DNA of 64,000 nt from Candidatus Cloacimonadales bacterium (GCA_963662585.1 OY759729.1:448001-512000), one strand, 5' to 3'; shown: positions 9,906-20,301, counted from the first letter of the stretch. Program-made: numbers and translations. Notes: a model not told the origin generated them from the letters alone.

Positions 9906-9952
9906 AAAGCTCCTAAATCTCCCTCTCATGAGGGGGCGCTAGGAGCTTTTTT
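9906..9952 (+). terminator. Terminator-like hairpin downstream of glmM/MITE
   Basis: AAAGCTCCTA...TAGGAGCTTT with inner CCCTC-TCAT-GAGGG and T tail; second hairpin AAAGCTAAAACA...TGTTTTAGCTTT at 9972-10008. Confidence 0.65.
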
Positions 9953-10026
9953 ACCTATACATTGCTAAAAGAAAGCTAAAACAAATAAATTTTATCTGTT
10001 TTAGCTTTAAATTATTATCTAAAAAA

Positions 10027-10836
10027 CTATTTTTTTACTGATTCAACAATTTTAGCTGAAATCTTATTAATCTTTTCTAAATCTTCAATAGTATAGAATT
10101 GATTTTCTTCCACACTATAAATGATATCTTTAATCATGGTATAGCCTTCTGTAGCAACGCTATAATATTTAGCTTCTTTGATTTTGGTTGATTGAATTAG
10201 GGTTAAGTTGTTTATCAAGGAGTTAACTATACCTCTTTGATTAATAATTTTAGCACCTTTTTCATCCCAATTCTTAAGGTATAAGGAAGAAATTCTATAC
10301 AAACCTTCAGACCATCCACCTAATTGCATTAAAGTGTACTGATCTAACATTTCTTCTTGGTAGAAAGCTAATTCAACTTCTGTCTGATAATTGATGATTA
10401 ATTTTTCTAAATGAAGCCATTTATCTTCATCATTGTTACTCAAAACATTTTGAATTTCATCTGCCATTCTTAAGATTTCATCTTTGAGACCGATATTCTT
10501 AGAATATTCCATCAAAACTTCAGTGTAGCCTTTAAGCTTTGATTCATCTCTAGAACTGATTGCCATTACAGCATCTGCACTAATAACGCCAATTGCAAAA
10601 GATTGTTCGTAGACATTTTCACTAACCCTGTAAGCTTCTACTGGGGTTTGTAAAGCTAACTCTTTTGAAACAGGACGAAGACTCTCTAGAACATTTTTGA
10701 AAGGTAAAGGATCCATTCTGATTTGATAATCAAAAGTTTCCTTCTTATCCTGAGTCTTAGTCTCACTCTTTTCACCACAAGCTATCAAAGCAATCAAAAC
10801 AACTAATACTAATATCGCTGATATTATTTTACGCAT
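10027..10836 (-). CDS. Alpha-helical lipoprotein of unknown function
   Basis: Lipobox LIAC after hydrophobic stretch; LGGWSEGLY motif; RBS AAGGAG. Confidence 0.75.
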   Translation of the reverse strand: MRKIISAILVLVVLIALIACGEKSETKTQDKKETFDYQIRMDPLPFKNVLESLRPVSKELALQTPVEAYRVSENVYEQSFAIGVISADAVMAISSRDESKLKGYTEVLMEYSKNIGLKDEILRMADEIQNVLSNNDEDKWLHLEKLIINYQTEVELAFYQEEMLDQYTLMQLGGWSEGLYRISSLYLKNWDEKGAKIINQRGIVNSLINNLTLIQSTKIKEAKYYSVATEGYTMIKDIIYSVEENQFYTIEDLEKINKISAKIVESVKK

Positions 10837-10862
10837 AGTTTCTCCTTCTGTAATATATCTTT

Positions 10863-13800
10863 CTATTCATTATAATAATATTTTAGCCGAATCCCAATCA
10901 TAAGATTGATAATCATTATATAAATCAAGATTATGACTATATTAACTGACACAGTTTTAACTTCAATTCCCCCAAATGACTTTTGCGGAGAAATAAAGAT
11001 ATTCTTCTTCTGATTTAAAAATCTACCATACATCATATCAACTATTAAGTTAATATCTTTATTAGTAAATTTATTCTTAGGATATCTAATATTAACTTCT
11101 TCCCGTAGCTCATATTTTTCATCCATTAACTCTATTTTACTAAAATCCGAACTTTTCTCAAGTGTCAACACTTTTTTATCAATTTTAAGTAATTCTTTAT
11201 TATTAACACTTTCAGTAGAATATCCTGTAACTAATCCTTCAAATAACCAGCGCGATGGGATTGTTTGAACTACTTCAGGTATAGGATTTTGCTTGATTAT
11301 TGTCAGGTTACGGTTCATTTTATCAAATTGAATAACTGCTCCCCCAAAAATAATCTGAGGGATCAAAATCAAAGGTAAAATATTTATTATTCCCTTAGTA
11401 TCATTTATGAATGATGAGAATAATAAGCCAATTGAAAGACCTATTAATCCAGAAAGAGAAAAATACAAGACATTCAAGAAGAAAAATCCCTTTATCTCAA
11501 GAATAGTCGAACTTATTAAATGATATAACAAGGCCTGGACTACAGTAAAAATACTCATCACCATAAACTTAGAAATATGATAATGTGAAATTTTGAGATT
11601 TCTTACTTTCTCTCGGAGAATAAACTTCCTTTCCTCTAAGACCTCATGAATACTGTTGGTCATACCAAAAAATACAAAAATAATGATACTTACAAAAAGA
11701 AAAAGTGTTATATTGCTGTTTTCATAAAATGAGTATTTATCACTTGTAGGTGCTAGCCTAAGAATATAAGCGACCATCAAAGCTAATAAAGGTGCTTCAA
11801 TAAAAGTAATTAATAGATTTGTCTTGTTTCGCAGTTTATTAACTAAATTTCTGTGTAGATAAGTTGAAAATTGAACTAATCTAGCATAATAAGATAGCTT
11901 TTTGCGATATTTAATCTTCTTCTTCTCAACTTTTAGTTCTTCAGTAGTATCTTCTTTGGTAATTAACTGAAAAAGAATCTTTCTCTTATACTTATCTCTC
12001 CAATATTCAGATGAGAACTTCCGCTTAGTTACAACTTGTTGATTTATCTGTTCGAATTTGATATTACCCCGAATATCGTATTCAGGAAACAAGATAATAT
12101 CATAGAAGAAATCAGGATTAGTATCTTTTACCTTCTGCTCTAAAAGGTTCTTACGGAATTTAATGACTTCTAATTCTTCTTCAAAGTAGGCAAAAGCTTG
12201 GGATGGAGAGCCAAAGAAAACCTCTTTTCCCCCATTATCCATTAAAAGTACTTTAGAGAATTTTTTGAAAATATAAGCATTAGGCTGATGAACCGTAATA
12301 ATTACTATCCTGTTCTGCCTTCTCTGCTCATGTAGCAATTCAATTATCTGTTCTGCATCAAAAGAAGATAAACCGGAAGTGGGTTCATCACATACTAAGA
12401 CTATAGGTTCAAAGAGCAACTCTAAAGCTATGTTGAGTCGCTTTCTCTGTCCACCACTCAATATCTTATTTCTATCATCGCCAACCAAAGTATTTCTTTT
12501 ATGAGCTAAAGTTACTTGGTTAAGGATATTATCAATTTTGAGGATTAACTGATTTTGAGGCACATTAGGCATTCTTAAACGACCATAAAAGTACATGTTC
12601 TCAAAAACAGTTAGATTAGCAAAAATCATATCTTCTTGTGGTACATAACCAAAATACTGCATAAACTCTGATCTATTTTTGTAGAGGAGTTTACCATCAA
12701 CTTCAATCTTACCATGAGTAGGTTGAAATTCTGCTACAATCGCTTTTAGCAGGGTAGATTTTCCACAGCCAGAAGGACCTAGAATACCTATTAACTCCCC
12801 TCTCTTAGCATTAAAAGAGATATTATCTAAGCCCACACTTTTATCATTATGATAGTGTTTTACAGCTGTTACTTCTAAATTATTAATTTCAAAAGGTACT
12901 TCAACCAAATCAAAGAAATTGTTAATGCGAAAATTAAAATTCTTGTTATTTCTTAGTTGCTGTTTCACTCTATTTTTTATGTGTTTACCTAATCTGACAT
13001 CTTCTTTTCTGGATAATTTATCTAAGGAAAGATGGCTTCCTTTCAAATCTTCAATAGTTATTATATCTTCATTTAGATGAATTATCTTATCTGTAGCAAA
13101 CTCTTCTCCATTTATGAGAAAATTAACGCTCTTCTTAAGAGGAATAAAGTGGTAATTATTATTTCTATTCTCTATCTGAGCAATTGCTTTTTCACTAGGA
13201 TGCTTGACTAAACTATAAAAACCATTATCGAGATTAAGAAAAATCACATCCGGAGCAATATCATCAATACCTATTCTTTCTTTTTCATCAAGAACATCAA
13301 TTAAGGAAAAAGCTGCATATCCCTTGATGCGCAACTTATCATCCCAGAAGATGGGAATATCACGATTGTAAGATACAGATTTTCCATTTCTGTAGACATA
13401 ACCCCTTCTTACATTAAGATAAAACTTGTTTCCTTCACAAGTTATCTTAAAATCATAATCTGATTTGGTGAAGTTTATCACATCACTATTATTTATATTA
13501 TGCATTAATTTACGCACAAACAAGGTATTAAATTTTAACTTTTGAATCTCTATCTTACTCTCAGCAGGGAGATAGTAAATATGATTTGCCCGTAACTCAT
13601 TTCCACTAAGCTTAACCCCAGGCTTTTGTCCTGCTATCATGAAATAATTATTATCAATACCAAATATAACAAACTCAATATTAGCTACTAAGGGGTCTTT
13701 AAATCGCATATTACAGCGTTCTGACCTGCCTATAACTAAGTAATCGGTAAATAATGAATTCTCAAATTGGAAAATAGAAGAGATATCTGTAATTCTAAGC

Positions 13801-14210
13801 GGTGCAGTTGTCTTGAGCTCTAGATTCCTCATTAAGTCCATATATCCTGAGCCTTCAATCTTAAAATACTTCATCATAGATTGAATAGAGGAAATTTCAT
13901 ACATTTCGAAATCACTATCTGAAAAAGCCATTATAATTAAAGTAAAGATAACTCTTATTTTATCTAGCTGGTTTAAATTATGATTAAGAAAGTTGATCAC
14001 TTTTACAAGATCATACTCTTCATTCATAATCTCTTTAATATAGACTTCCCAAGAGATTGGTAAATCCTTAAAAAGGTTTAATAATAATGGATATAGAATA
14101 TCAATTTCATTCTTCTTAATTTCAGCATCTGACCTGATTATATGAACATAAAACCTGGTCAACATATCTACTAATTCATTCTTTTTATTTCCGTTAGATA
14201 ATTCTTTCAT
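10863..14210 (-). CDS. Multidomain ABCG-type transporter: TerB-like N-terminus, FHA-like domains, ATPase, ABC-2 membrane domain
   Basis: IIRSDAEIKKNEI and AFSDSDFEMYEI (TerB-like); VIGRSERCNM (FHA-like); GPSGCGKST, LSGGQRKR, CDEPTSGL, VHQP; C-terminal TM helices with LILIPQIIFGG. Confidence 0.85.
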   Translation of the reverse strand: MKELSNGNKKNELVDMLTRFYVHIIRSDAEIKKNEIDILYPLLLNLFKDLPISWEVYIKEIMNEEYDLVKVINFLNHNLNQLDKIRVIFTLIIMAFSDSDFEMYEISSIQSMMKYFKIEGSGYMDLMRNLELKTTAPLRITDISSIFQFENSLFTDYLVIGRSERCNMRFKDPLVANIEFVIFGIDNNYFMIAGQKPGVKLSGNELRANHIYYLPAESKIEIQKLKFNTLFVRKLMHNINNSDVINFTKSDYDFKITCEGNKFYLNVRRGYVYRNGKSVSYNRDIPIFWDDKLRIKGYAAFSLIDVLDEKERIGIDDIAPDVIFLNLDNGFYSLVKHPSEKAIAQIENRNNNYHFIPLKKSVNFLINGEEFATDKIIHLNEDIITIEDLKGSHLSLDKLSRKEDVRLGKHIKNRVKQQLRNNKNFNFRINNFFDLVEVPFEINNLEVTAVKHYHNDKSVGLDNISFNAKRGELIGILGPSGCGKSTLLKAIVAEFQPTHGKIEVDGKLLYKNRSEFMQYFGYVPQEDMIFANLTVFENMYFYGRLRMPNVPQNQLILKIDNILNQVTLAHKRNTLVGDDRNKILSGGQRKRLNIALELLFEPIVLVCDEPTSGLSSFDAEQIIELLHEQRRQNRIVIITVHQPNAYIFKKFSKVLLMDNGGKEVFFGSPSQAFAYFEEELEVIKFRKNLLEQKVKDTNPDFFYDIILFPEYDIRGNIKFEQINQQVVTKRKFSSEYWRDKYKRKILFQLITKEDTTEELKVEKKKIKYRKKLSYYARLVQFSTYLHRNLVNKLRNKTNLLITFIEAPLLALMVAYILRLAPTSDKYSFYENSNITLFLFVSIIIFVFFGMTNSIHEVLEERKFILREKVRNLKISHYHISKFMVMSIFTVVQALLYHLISSTILEIKGFFFLNVLYFSLSGLIGLSIGLLFSSFINDTKGIINILPLILIPQIIFGGAVIQFDKMNRNLTIIKQNPIPEVVQTIPSRWLFEGLVTGYSTESVNNKELLKIDKKVLTLEKSSDFSKIELMDEKYELREEVNIRYPKNKFTNKDINLIVDMMYGRFLNQKKNIFISPQKSFGGIEVKTVSVNIVIILIYIMIINLMIGIRLKYYYNE

Positions 14211-15401
14211 TTAGTCTTCTCTTATTGTTAAATATGAATCTCGTTCCTGACGGCATGACTTACAATCATGCCTCCGACAATAGTAATTCATTAAGTAATA
14301 TAAGCCTTGATAATAAATCTCTTTATTCTCTAAGTTCATTCTTTGATAATCACTTATCTTATTCATAAAGGAGTTTGATATCCGGTTATTACCTATTTTA
14401 GGGAATTTTATTAAATATTGATTAATCTTGGCAAGATTTTTTTTATGTTTTAAATCTACAACCAAAGAGTACAAGAATGGTAATAAGGAATTATAGATAA
14501 TAATTTTAGTCATTTCTCGGCCAAATCTCTTCTCGGCAAATCTTGAATTTAACATTGATTCTATCTTAACTATAAAATCTTGCACAGAAAGAGAAGCATT
14601 GAAAGAATCCCAAACTACTATTGCAAGATTCTCCTGCCTTAATGACCATCTTAATTGAATATACTCAGTTACCCGCTTAGCAGGGTGAGAGGCAGGTCTA
14701 ATGCGAAATTTCTGCCATATACTACTATTACTATTATTTTCAGTTAAGCCTATTTGACTTAGAATTTTCTCACTATATGCAAGTAAGTCTCTATCTGATA
14801 AGGAGATTAATTCCCTTTTCTTTACCTTACTGGCGAGTAATTTCATTCCTAACTTATTATTAGGAGAGCCTAGTGCTCCAGCGATTGCTTTATAAATGGA
14901 TTCTTCATAAGGTTCAAGATAGCTGATTTGGCGGACTAACTCAGCTTTTGCTTTTAATCTCTTTTGACCACAATTTAACAAAACATAATTTAATTGATGT
15001 TTATCTAAGCCACTAAAGAAATGGCAGTCATAGGCTATTTTTTGCGGAATATCTTTTTCAGGTAGGTAGAATTCAGAAAGAAGCAGAGTAGGAATTGTTT
15101 GTTGAGAATTGGTCAATACTTGACTATTATCATTTTCCCAAATTAGGTGTAGAATGACCTTATTATATTCTGGATCATTTTGATGTTTATGATTAAGCCA
15201 GTCTCTTTTCTTGATATGGATTTCCACATCTCCATGGTACTCTTTATCTCCAATCTTGAGAGTAGCATCTTTAAAATCTGCTCCCCTGTCACTATTAAGA
15301 TTACCTGGATAGATAACCCTAACTTGCTCACCTGAAGTTGTATATAAATCATGGTTCAGTTTTTGATAAGCCCAGATTGAATACAACTCATTCTCTCTCA
15401 T
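14211..15401 (-). CDS. DUF2851 family protein
   Basis: PGNLNSDRGADF, GDVEIH...DWLNHKHQNDPEYNKVILH, RIRPASHP, C-terminal YC..HDCKSC. Confidence 0.8.
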   Translation of the reverse strand: MRENELYSIWAYQKLNHDLYTTSGEQVRVIYPGNLNSDRGADFKDATLKIGDKEYHGDVEIHIKKRDWLNHKHQNDPEYNKVILHLIWENDNSQVLTNSQQTIPTLLLSEFYLPEKDIPQKIAYDCHFFSGLDKHQLNYVLLNCGQKRLKAKAELVRQISYLEPYEESIYKAIAGALGSPNNKLGMKLLASKVKKRELISLSDRDLLAYSEKILSQIGLTENNSNSSIWQKFRIRPASHPAKRVTEYIQLRWSLRQENLAIVVWDSFNASLSVQDFIVKIESMLNSRFAEKRFGREMTKIIIYNSLLPFLYSLVVDLKHKKNLAKINQYLIKFPKIGNNRISNSFMNKISDYQRMNLENKEIYYQGLYYLMNYYCRRHDCKSCRQERDSYLTIRED

Positions 15402-15402
15402 G

Positions 15403-16137
15403 TTATTTCTCTTCTATATAATAACGAATTAGGTAGGAAGCCAGCATCATTCCCATTATAGCTGGATAGTAAGATATTGAGCCTACAAGTGTTCTGTCTC
15501 GTCCTCTGCTATTTGCTTCCACAGCTTCACCTCTCCCCTCTTTCAAATAATCTTTTATTGGTAATTCCTCTGAATAGACAACAGGAATTCCTTTAGAAAT
15601 ACCTCTCTTTCTAAGATATTTACGCACTCTACTGGCGAGAGTACAGTTCTTGCTCTTGGATAAATCAGCAATTTTTATCTTACTAGGGTCTAATCTATTA
15701 CCAGCCCCCATACTAGAAACAACTTTTATACCTTTGTTATAGCAATCTTCTAAGAGACCGACTTTAGGCCCTAAGCTATCTATTGCATCCACGACAAAAT
15801 CAACTCTATCCAATACTTCTAATCTCAGCTTTTCATCGAAAAACTCTGTGATTATCTCAACTTCAGCTTCAGGATTAATATCTAAGACTCTCTCACGGAA
15901 AAGTTCACTTTTTAACTTGCCTACCGTGCTATGCAAGGCAATAATCTGACGATTAATATTGCTTTCACTAACTACATCAAAATCAACTAAAATGAACTTT
16001 TTGAAACCTGCTCTGGCTAATCCTTCTACAGCATAGCCTCCAACTCCACCTAAACCAACTACTAATATTCTCTGTTCTTGGAAGCCTAATAGAGACTTCT
16101 CATCAACTATCAAACTACTTCTTTGATAAAGACTCAA
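15403..16137 (-). CDS. tcdA: tRNA threonylcarbamoyladenosine dehydratase (ThiF family)
   Basis: GLGGVGG, SNINRQ, DAIDS, SSMGAGNRLDP, VVYSEE, GSISYYPA. Confidence 0.88.
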   Translation of the reverse strand: MSLYQRSSLIVDEKSLLGFQEQRILVVGLGGVGGYAVEGLARAGFKKFILVDFDVVSESNINRQIIALHSTVGKLKSELFRERVLDINPEAEVEIITEFFDEKLRLEVLDRVDFVVDAIDSLGPKVGLLEDCYNKGIKVVSSMGAGNRLDPSKIKIADLSKSKNCTLASRVRKYLRKRGISKGIPVVYSEELPIKDYLKEGRGEAVEANSRGRDRTLVGSISYYPAIMGMMLASYLIRYYIEEK

Positions 16138-16843
16138 AATTCCCCTTCAAGAGATTACTAAAATTACTGACTTGAATCTCTCTTAATTCCTCTATACTTA
16201 TATTATAATCTCTTTGCAAAGTACTTGCAACTATTTTTACACTAGTTAAATCGCCAGCATCTGGAGCATCACTTTCTAGGAAGTACCTTTTACTGGCTAA
16301 AATAGCCCTAATAACTTTTTCTTTCTTAGGATTATTTAGTATTCTCATACTTAAAGAGAAGTAAAAGCCTAGTTTATCTAATTCTTGAAATACTTCATAA
16401 GAAGAGTTAAAACCATGAATTATTTTCATATTTCGAAGTTTAACTTCTTTTTGTAGTTTAATAAACTCATATTCCTGACCTACAAGATGATAAAGAGTCG
16501 GTAAATCATATTCCCCTGCTCTCTCTATTTGAATTTTTAGCAAAGCTAATTGCTTTACTAAATCAGGATAATTTCTATCTAAACCAATCTCACCCATACC
16601 CACAACTTTATCATAAGGAAATAAATCACAATACTTTCTTAACTCCTCTTGGCTCATAGCAATATCTCGAGGATGAAGTCCAGCAAACCAGTACTTTAAT
16701 CCTAATTTCTCATGAAGTAAAATCTCTTTTCTGTTAAGAGCTGTAGAGACATGGATTATCTCCTGTTCTCTATCCAAGTTACTAAGTTCAAGCTTATTTT
16801 CATATTCAGCTAGATGACAGTGGATATCAATCAGTTGACTCAT
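16115..16843 (-). CDS. TatD family hydrolase
   Basis: DIHCH, GLHP, GEIGLD, IIHGF, LESD motifs. Confidence 0.85.
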   Translation of the reverse strand: MSQLIDIHCHLAEYENKLELSNLDREQEIIHVSTALNRKEILLHEKLGLKYWFAGLHPRDIAMSQEELRKYCDLFPYDKVVGMGEIGLDRNYPDLVKQLALLKIQIERAGEYDLPTLYHLVGQEYEFIKLQKEVKLRNMKIIHGFNSSYEVFQELDKLGFYFSLSMRILNNPKKEKVIRAILASKRYFLESDAPDAGDLTSVKIVASTLQRDYNISIEELREIQVSNFSNLLKGNFESLSKK

Positions 16844-16874
16844 AATTAATTATTACTAATTGCTTTAGCTAGCA

Positions 16875-17633
16875 TTACTTATGAGAATCAAATATTACTT
16901 TAGTTAAATTCTCTTGTTTTACATACTCTCTAATGAATAATAGATCAGGATGAAAATCTAACTCACCCCAGTGGTCAGGACTACATTCAGACATGTGAAC
17001 AGAATACCCTTTGTCGATTATAGTTTGGATAGCACTTAAGTAGAATAGATTAATATTCTCTTTCTGTCTTACCATAGACTCCAAAGTATCAACATAGATT
17101 TTTCTTCCAAGTCCTGTGAACTTAATAATTCCCACCGACTCCCCATTAGCCTCACTAATTGGAATCTGCTTGCTTACTTTTCGGACTAAAGATCGTTCGT
17201 GAATTATCTTCATATCATCTTCATCATACTTTTCTTTATAATCTACGACCATAGTTATTTGTTCTGGACTCTTCAATAGATTCTCTATAATTGTAGGGTT
17301 AAAGATATCATCACCATTAATAGTAATAAAATCTTCATTCATATAATATCTTGCCATCCATACTGATATCAGGTTATTAGAGATATCATAGAAGGGATTA
17401 TAGACAATATCAATGTTAAAATCACCTCGATATTTATCTATTTTAGCTTCAATTTGTAGGGCTAAGTAGCCAACAATTATGGTTATATCTCTGATATTAT
17501 TCTCTTTCAAACTGTGTAATTGCGATTCTAACAGGGTAAGGCCATCGCCAATTTCTAACAGACTTTTTGGTGTATTCTTGGTTAAAGGATATAGTCTAGT
17601 TCCTTTTCCAGCTGCGATAATAATAGCTCTCAT
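16875..17633 (-). CDS. LicC-like phosphocholine/sugar-phosphate cytidylyltransferase
   Basis: AAGKGTRL...PKSLL, NPFYDISNN, NGD, GESVGI, WGELDFHPDL. Confidence 0.8.
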   Translation of the reverse strand: MRAIIIAAGKGTRLYPLTKNTPKSLLEIGDGLTLLESQLHSLKENNIRDITIIVGYLALQIEAKIDKYRGDFNIDIVYNPFYDISNNLISVWMARYYMNEDFITINGDDIFNPTIIENLLKSPEQITMVVDYKEKYDEDDMKIIHERSLVRKVSKQIPISEANGESVGIIKFTGLGRKIYVDTLESMVRQKENINLFYLSAIQTIIDKGYSVHMSECSPDHWGELDFHPDLLFIREYVKQENLTKVIFDSHK

Positions 17634-17636
17634 TTT

Positions 17637-18239
17637 CTATTTTCCTTTATTAACTATTGCGTTATCATCTTTCTTGTAATTCCACTCTTTTTGGGCTTCT
17701 TGCCATTTTCCATAACGGTAGCTTAAGTAATCTTCTACTTTTGCAGGGATAGAATAAGAGTGGCCATCAAATTCAACTTCTTTCAAATCTTCATAGAACT
17801 CAGCAGGAGCAGATTTTAGAACAATATTCTTGCCCCCAACTGTCCAGAAATACTTATCATCAACTTTCTTCTTAACAAAAATATCAAGAAGAGTAAAACC
17901 TTTGAGGAAGAAGAATTTTCTGGTTTGAACCTTCATTATTTTAACTTCCCCCTTTTTGAAAGGACCTATATCTTCTTTAAAATACCTAATTCTGGTTCTA
18001 AATCCTTTTTTCCATAACTCTTTTCGAGCTTTTAAAAGCTTTTCTAAATCAGAAGCTGGAACAGTTAGATCTAAATCATTATCCCAAGGTAAAAGTCTAT
18101 TCTCTCTAATAATACCTAGTAAAGTTCCCCCCTCAAGGATGTACTTTACCTTGTGCATTTCTAAAGCTTTAGCTGTTTCTAAAAGCATTTTTAAGGCTAT
18201 TTTAGCTATTTCACCTGTTAATTTTAATTTACCTGCCAT
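17637..18239 (-). CDS. LicD family phosphotransferase
   Basis: GGTLLGIIRE..LLPWDNDLDL, LDIF, YLSYRYGKW. Confidence 0.88.
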   Translation of the reverse strand: MAGKLKLTGEIAKIALKMLLETAKALEMHKVKYILEGGTLLGIIRENRLLPWDNDLDLTVPASDLEKLLKARKELWKKGFRTRIRYFKEDIGPFKKGEVKIMKVQTRKFFFLKGFTLLDIFVKKKVDDKYFWTVGGKNIVLKSAPAEFYEDLKEVEFDGHSYSIPAKVEDYLSYRYGKWQEAQKEWNYKKDDNAIVNKGK

Positions 18240-19288
18240 TATCTTAAATATCCTTTCTTAAAAACTGAATGATAAAGAATCTGTGCTTTTCTGAATAGAT
18301 TTTTGGGTTTATTTTTTCTAGGAAGAGTGCCCTCTAAGACAAGTTTTTCAATCTTCTTAATTAGATTCAAACAAATTTTCCCATCTACATAGGGATTAAC
18401 TAGCTTTATATATTTATCTATTTTATCTTGTAAATAGAGAGGATTATCTTTTAAAAGATCTATTGCTGGTCTAAGTTCTTGCACACTTTTCAGGTTAATT
18501 CCTTTATCTTTAAGATCGATAGTGTCAATAGTTATTACTGGTTTATTTAAAATCATAAATTCATATATCACTGATGATGTATCAGATATCATAATATCAG
18601 CAATGTACAATAAGGGAGTTATATCGTTAATTTCCATAAGCCTAACTTTATCATTCCCTAAATTTTTAAATCCTTCTATAACACTTTTATCCATTAATTG
18701 GTGAAACTTTAAGAGCCATATTTCATCATCAGCCACTAAATTATCCATTGAGCTAAGTGTTTTTGATGCAGATTCCATTTTATGGCTGAAGGTTGGAGCA
18801 TATAAAATTACTTTTTTATCTTCAGGAATATTATATTTTTCCTTTAAGAGATTCGAATCATAATTGATAATGTAATCTACTTTAGGCCAACCTGTTTCAA
18901 TAATTTCAAAATAAGACTTATACTTAGCTTGAAGCTTCTTGAATTTTTCAGTAACAAAAGGGCCTGAAGTGGCATAGACATCAAAGAAGTGTCTTATCTT
19001 AAAATGAGCAGGTTTCTCTACCCCTAAACCATGAAATATCTGTACTTTAAGACCAGGGATTCGCCAATCAATGAAGTTACCAGGACATAAGACAACATCA
19101 GGTTTGAATTTCTTAGCATCTTCCAAAGAAGGAACTATCTTCTTCCTATCCCACTCTTCTATCCAATTTTTCTTAACATTATTTGATACATAAAAGCCAT
19201 ACTCTATCTTTTCCTGTTCCAGAGCTGAAACAATAGGTTTGAAAATAGAGATAGAGTACAATTTTGCTATATATAAGATATATTTCAT
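18239..19288 (-). CDS. CDP-glycerol glycerophosphotransferase family (TagB/TagF-like)
   Basis: VQIFHG, TGWPKVD, ILYAPTF, KFH, ISDTSSVIYEF. Confidence 0.85.
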   Translation of the reverse strand: MKYILYIAKLYSISIFKPIVSALEQEKIEYGFYVSNNVKKNWIEEWDRKKIVPSLEDAKKFKPDVVLCPGNFIDWRIPGLKVQIFHGLGVEKPAHFKIRHFFDVYATSGPFVTEKFKKLQAKYKSYFEIIETGWPKVDYIINYDSNLLKEKYNIPEDKKVILYAPTFSHKMESASKTLSSMDNLVADDEIWLLKFHQLMDKSVIEGFKNLGNDKVRLMEINDITPLLYIADIMISDTSSVIYEFMILNKPVITIDTIDLKDKGINLKSVQELRPAIDLLKDNPLYLQDKIDKYIKLVNPYVDGKICLNLIKKIEKLVLEGTLPRKNKPKNLFRKAQILYHSVFKKGYLR

Positions 19289-20301
19289 CGTACTAGCTTA
19301 GCTACCTTTTCAATCTCAGCTACTGCTTGATTAACAGTTATGCCTAAGCTTCTATCATTTCTATCTTTACATTCCCAATTCCTTAGATATGTATGAATCT
19401 TTTTATGATTTGCCTGCCATTTTCTGGGGTTAGAATGTGGACCAAAGATAGCAACTGACGCAGTTTTTACAGCAATAGCAACATGATTTATTCCACCATC
19501 GTTACCAAAAAATAGTTTTGATCTATGTAGTAGAGCTCCAGCTTCGTTAAAGTTTGTCTTAATAGCAAGAACAGCTTTTTCTTGCATTTTTTCAATAATA
19601 TAATTAACTCTGTCTAACTCCCCAGGCCCCCACAACAAAACAACCTCTAGATTTAGTTCTCTAATCACTCTATCTAGGGTTTCTGCATATAAGTCCAGTG
19701 ACCATTGCTTAAAGATCACAGGAGAGCATGGTGAGACAACTATAAACTCTTTATTATTAAGACCAGTCTCTGCTAACCAGCTATCTATTTTACTTTGCGA
19801 CTCTGCTTTTATATGGTAAAAGGTATCTTGATTAGATTCAGTAATACCTAATTGTTTTAATACATCAAACTTTAGTAAAGCGTAATATCTAAGATTTTTC
19901 CTAGCTTCAGAGATGTTATAGAGCCAATTGTATCTCTTTAATTTCCAGCCGACTCTGTACTTTGCTCCACTAAACATAGTAATCTGAGCAGAACCTGTAC
20001 CTCTTAATTGATCAATAACCATATCGTACTTTTCTTTTCTAATCTCTTTGATAATCTTGATTCTTTCTTTTATTTTAGGTATTTCTTTCTTGAATTTTTG
20101 CATAATTATGAGATTATCAAGATAAGGATTATCTTCTAATATAGTTAAATATGGTTTCTGGATAAGAAAATCTATTTGAGCATGAGGGAATCTCTCTCTT
20201 AAACTGGGTAAATAAGCTGTATTTAATAATATATCACCGAATGGTTTATACTGGATTATAAGTATTTTCTTAATATTTTTGATTTCTTCATTATTTAACA
20301 T
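19285..20301 (-). CDS. Glycosyltransferase family 9 (LPS heptosyltransferase-like)
   Basis: ILIIQYKPFGDILL, KQW, GNDGGINHVA, AIFGP motifs. Confidence 0.88.
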   Translation of the reverse strand: MLNNEEIKNIKKILIIQYKPFGDILLNTAYLPSLRERFPHAQIDFLIQKPYLTILEDNPYLDNLIIMQKFKKEIPKIKERIKIIKEIRKEKYDMVIDQLRGTGSAQITMFSGAKYRVGWKLKRYNWLYNISEARKNLRYYALLKFDVLKQLGITESNQDTFYHIKAESQSKIDSWLAETGLNNKEFIVVSPCSPVIFKQWSLDLYAETLDRVIRELNLEVVLLWGPGELDRVNYIIEKMQEKAVLAIKTNFNEAGALLHRSKLFFGNDGGINHVAIAVKTASVAIFGPHSNPRKWQANHKKIHTYLRNWECKDRNDRSLGITVNQAVAEIEKVAKLVR

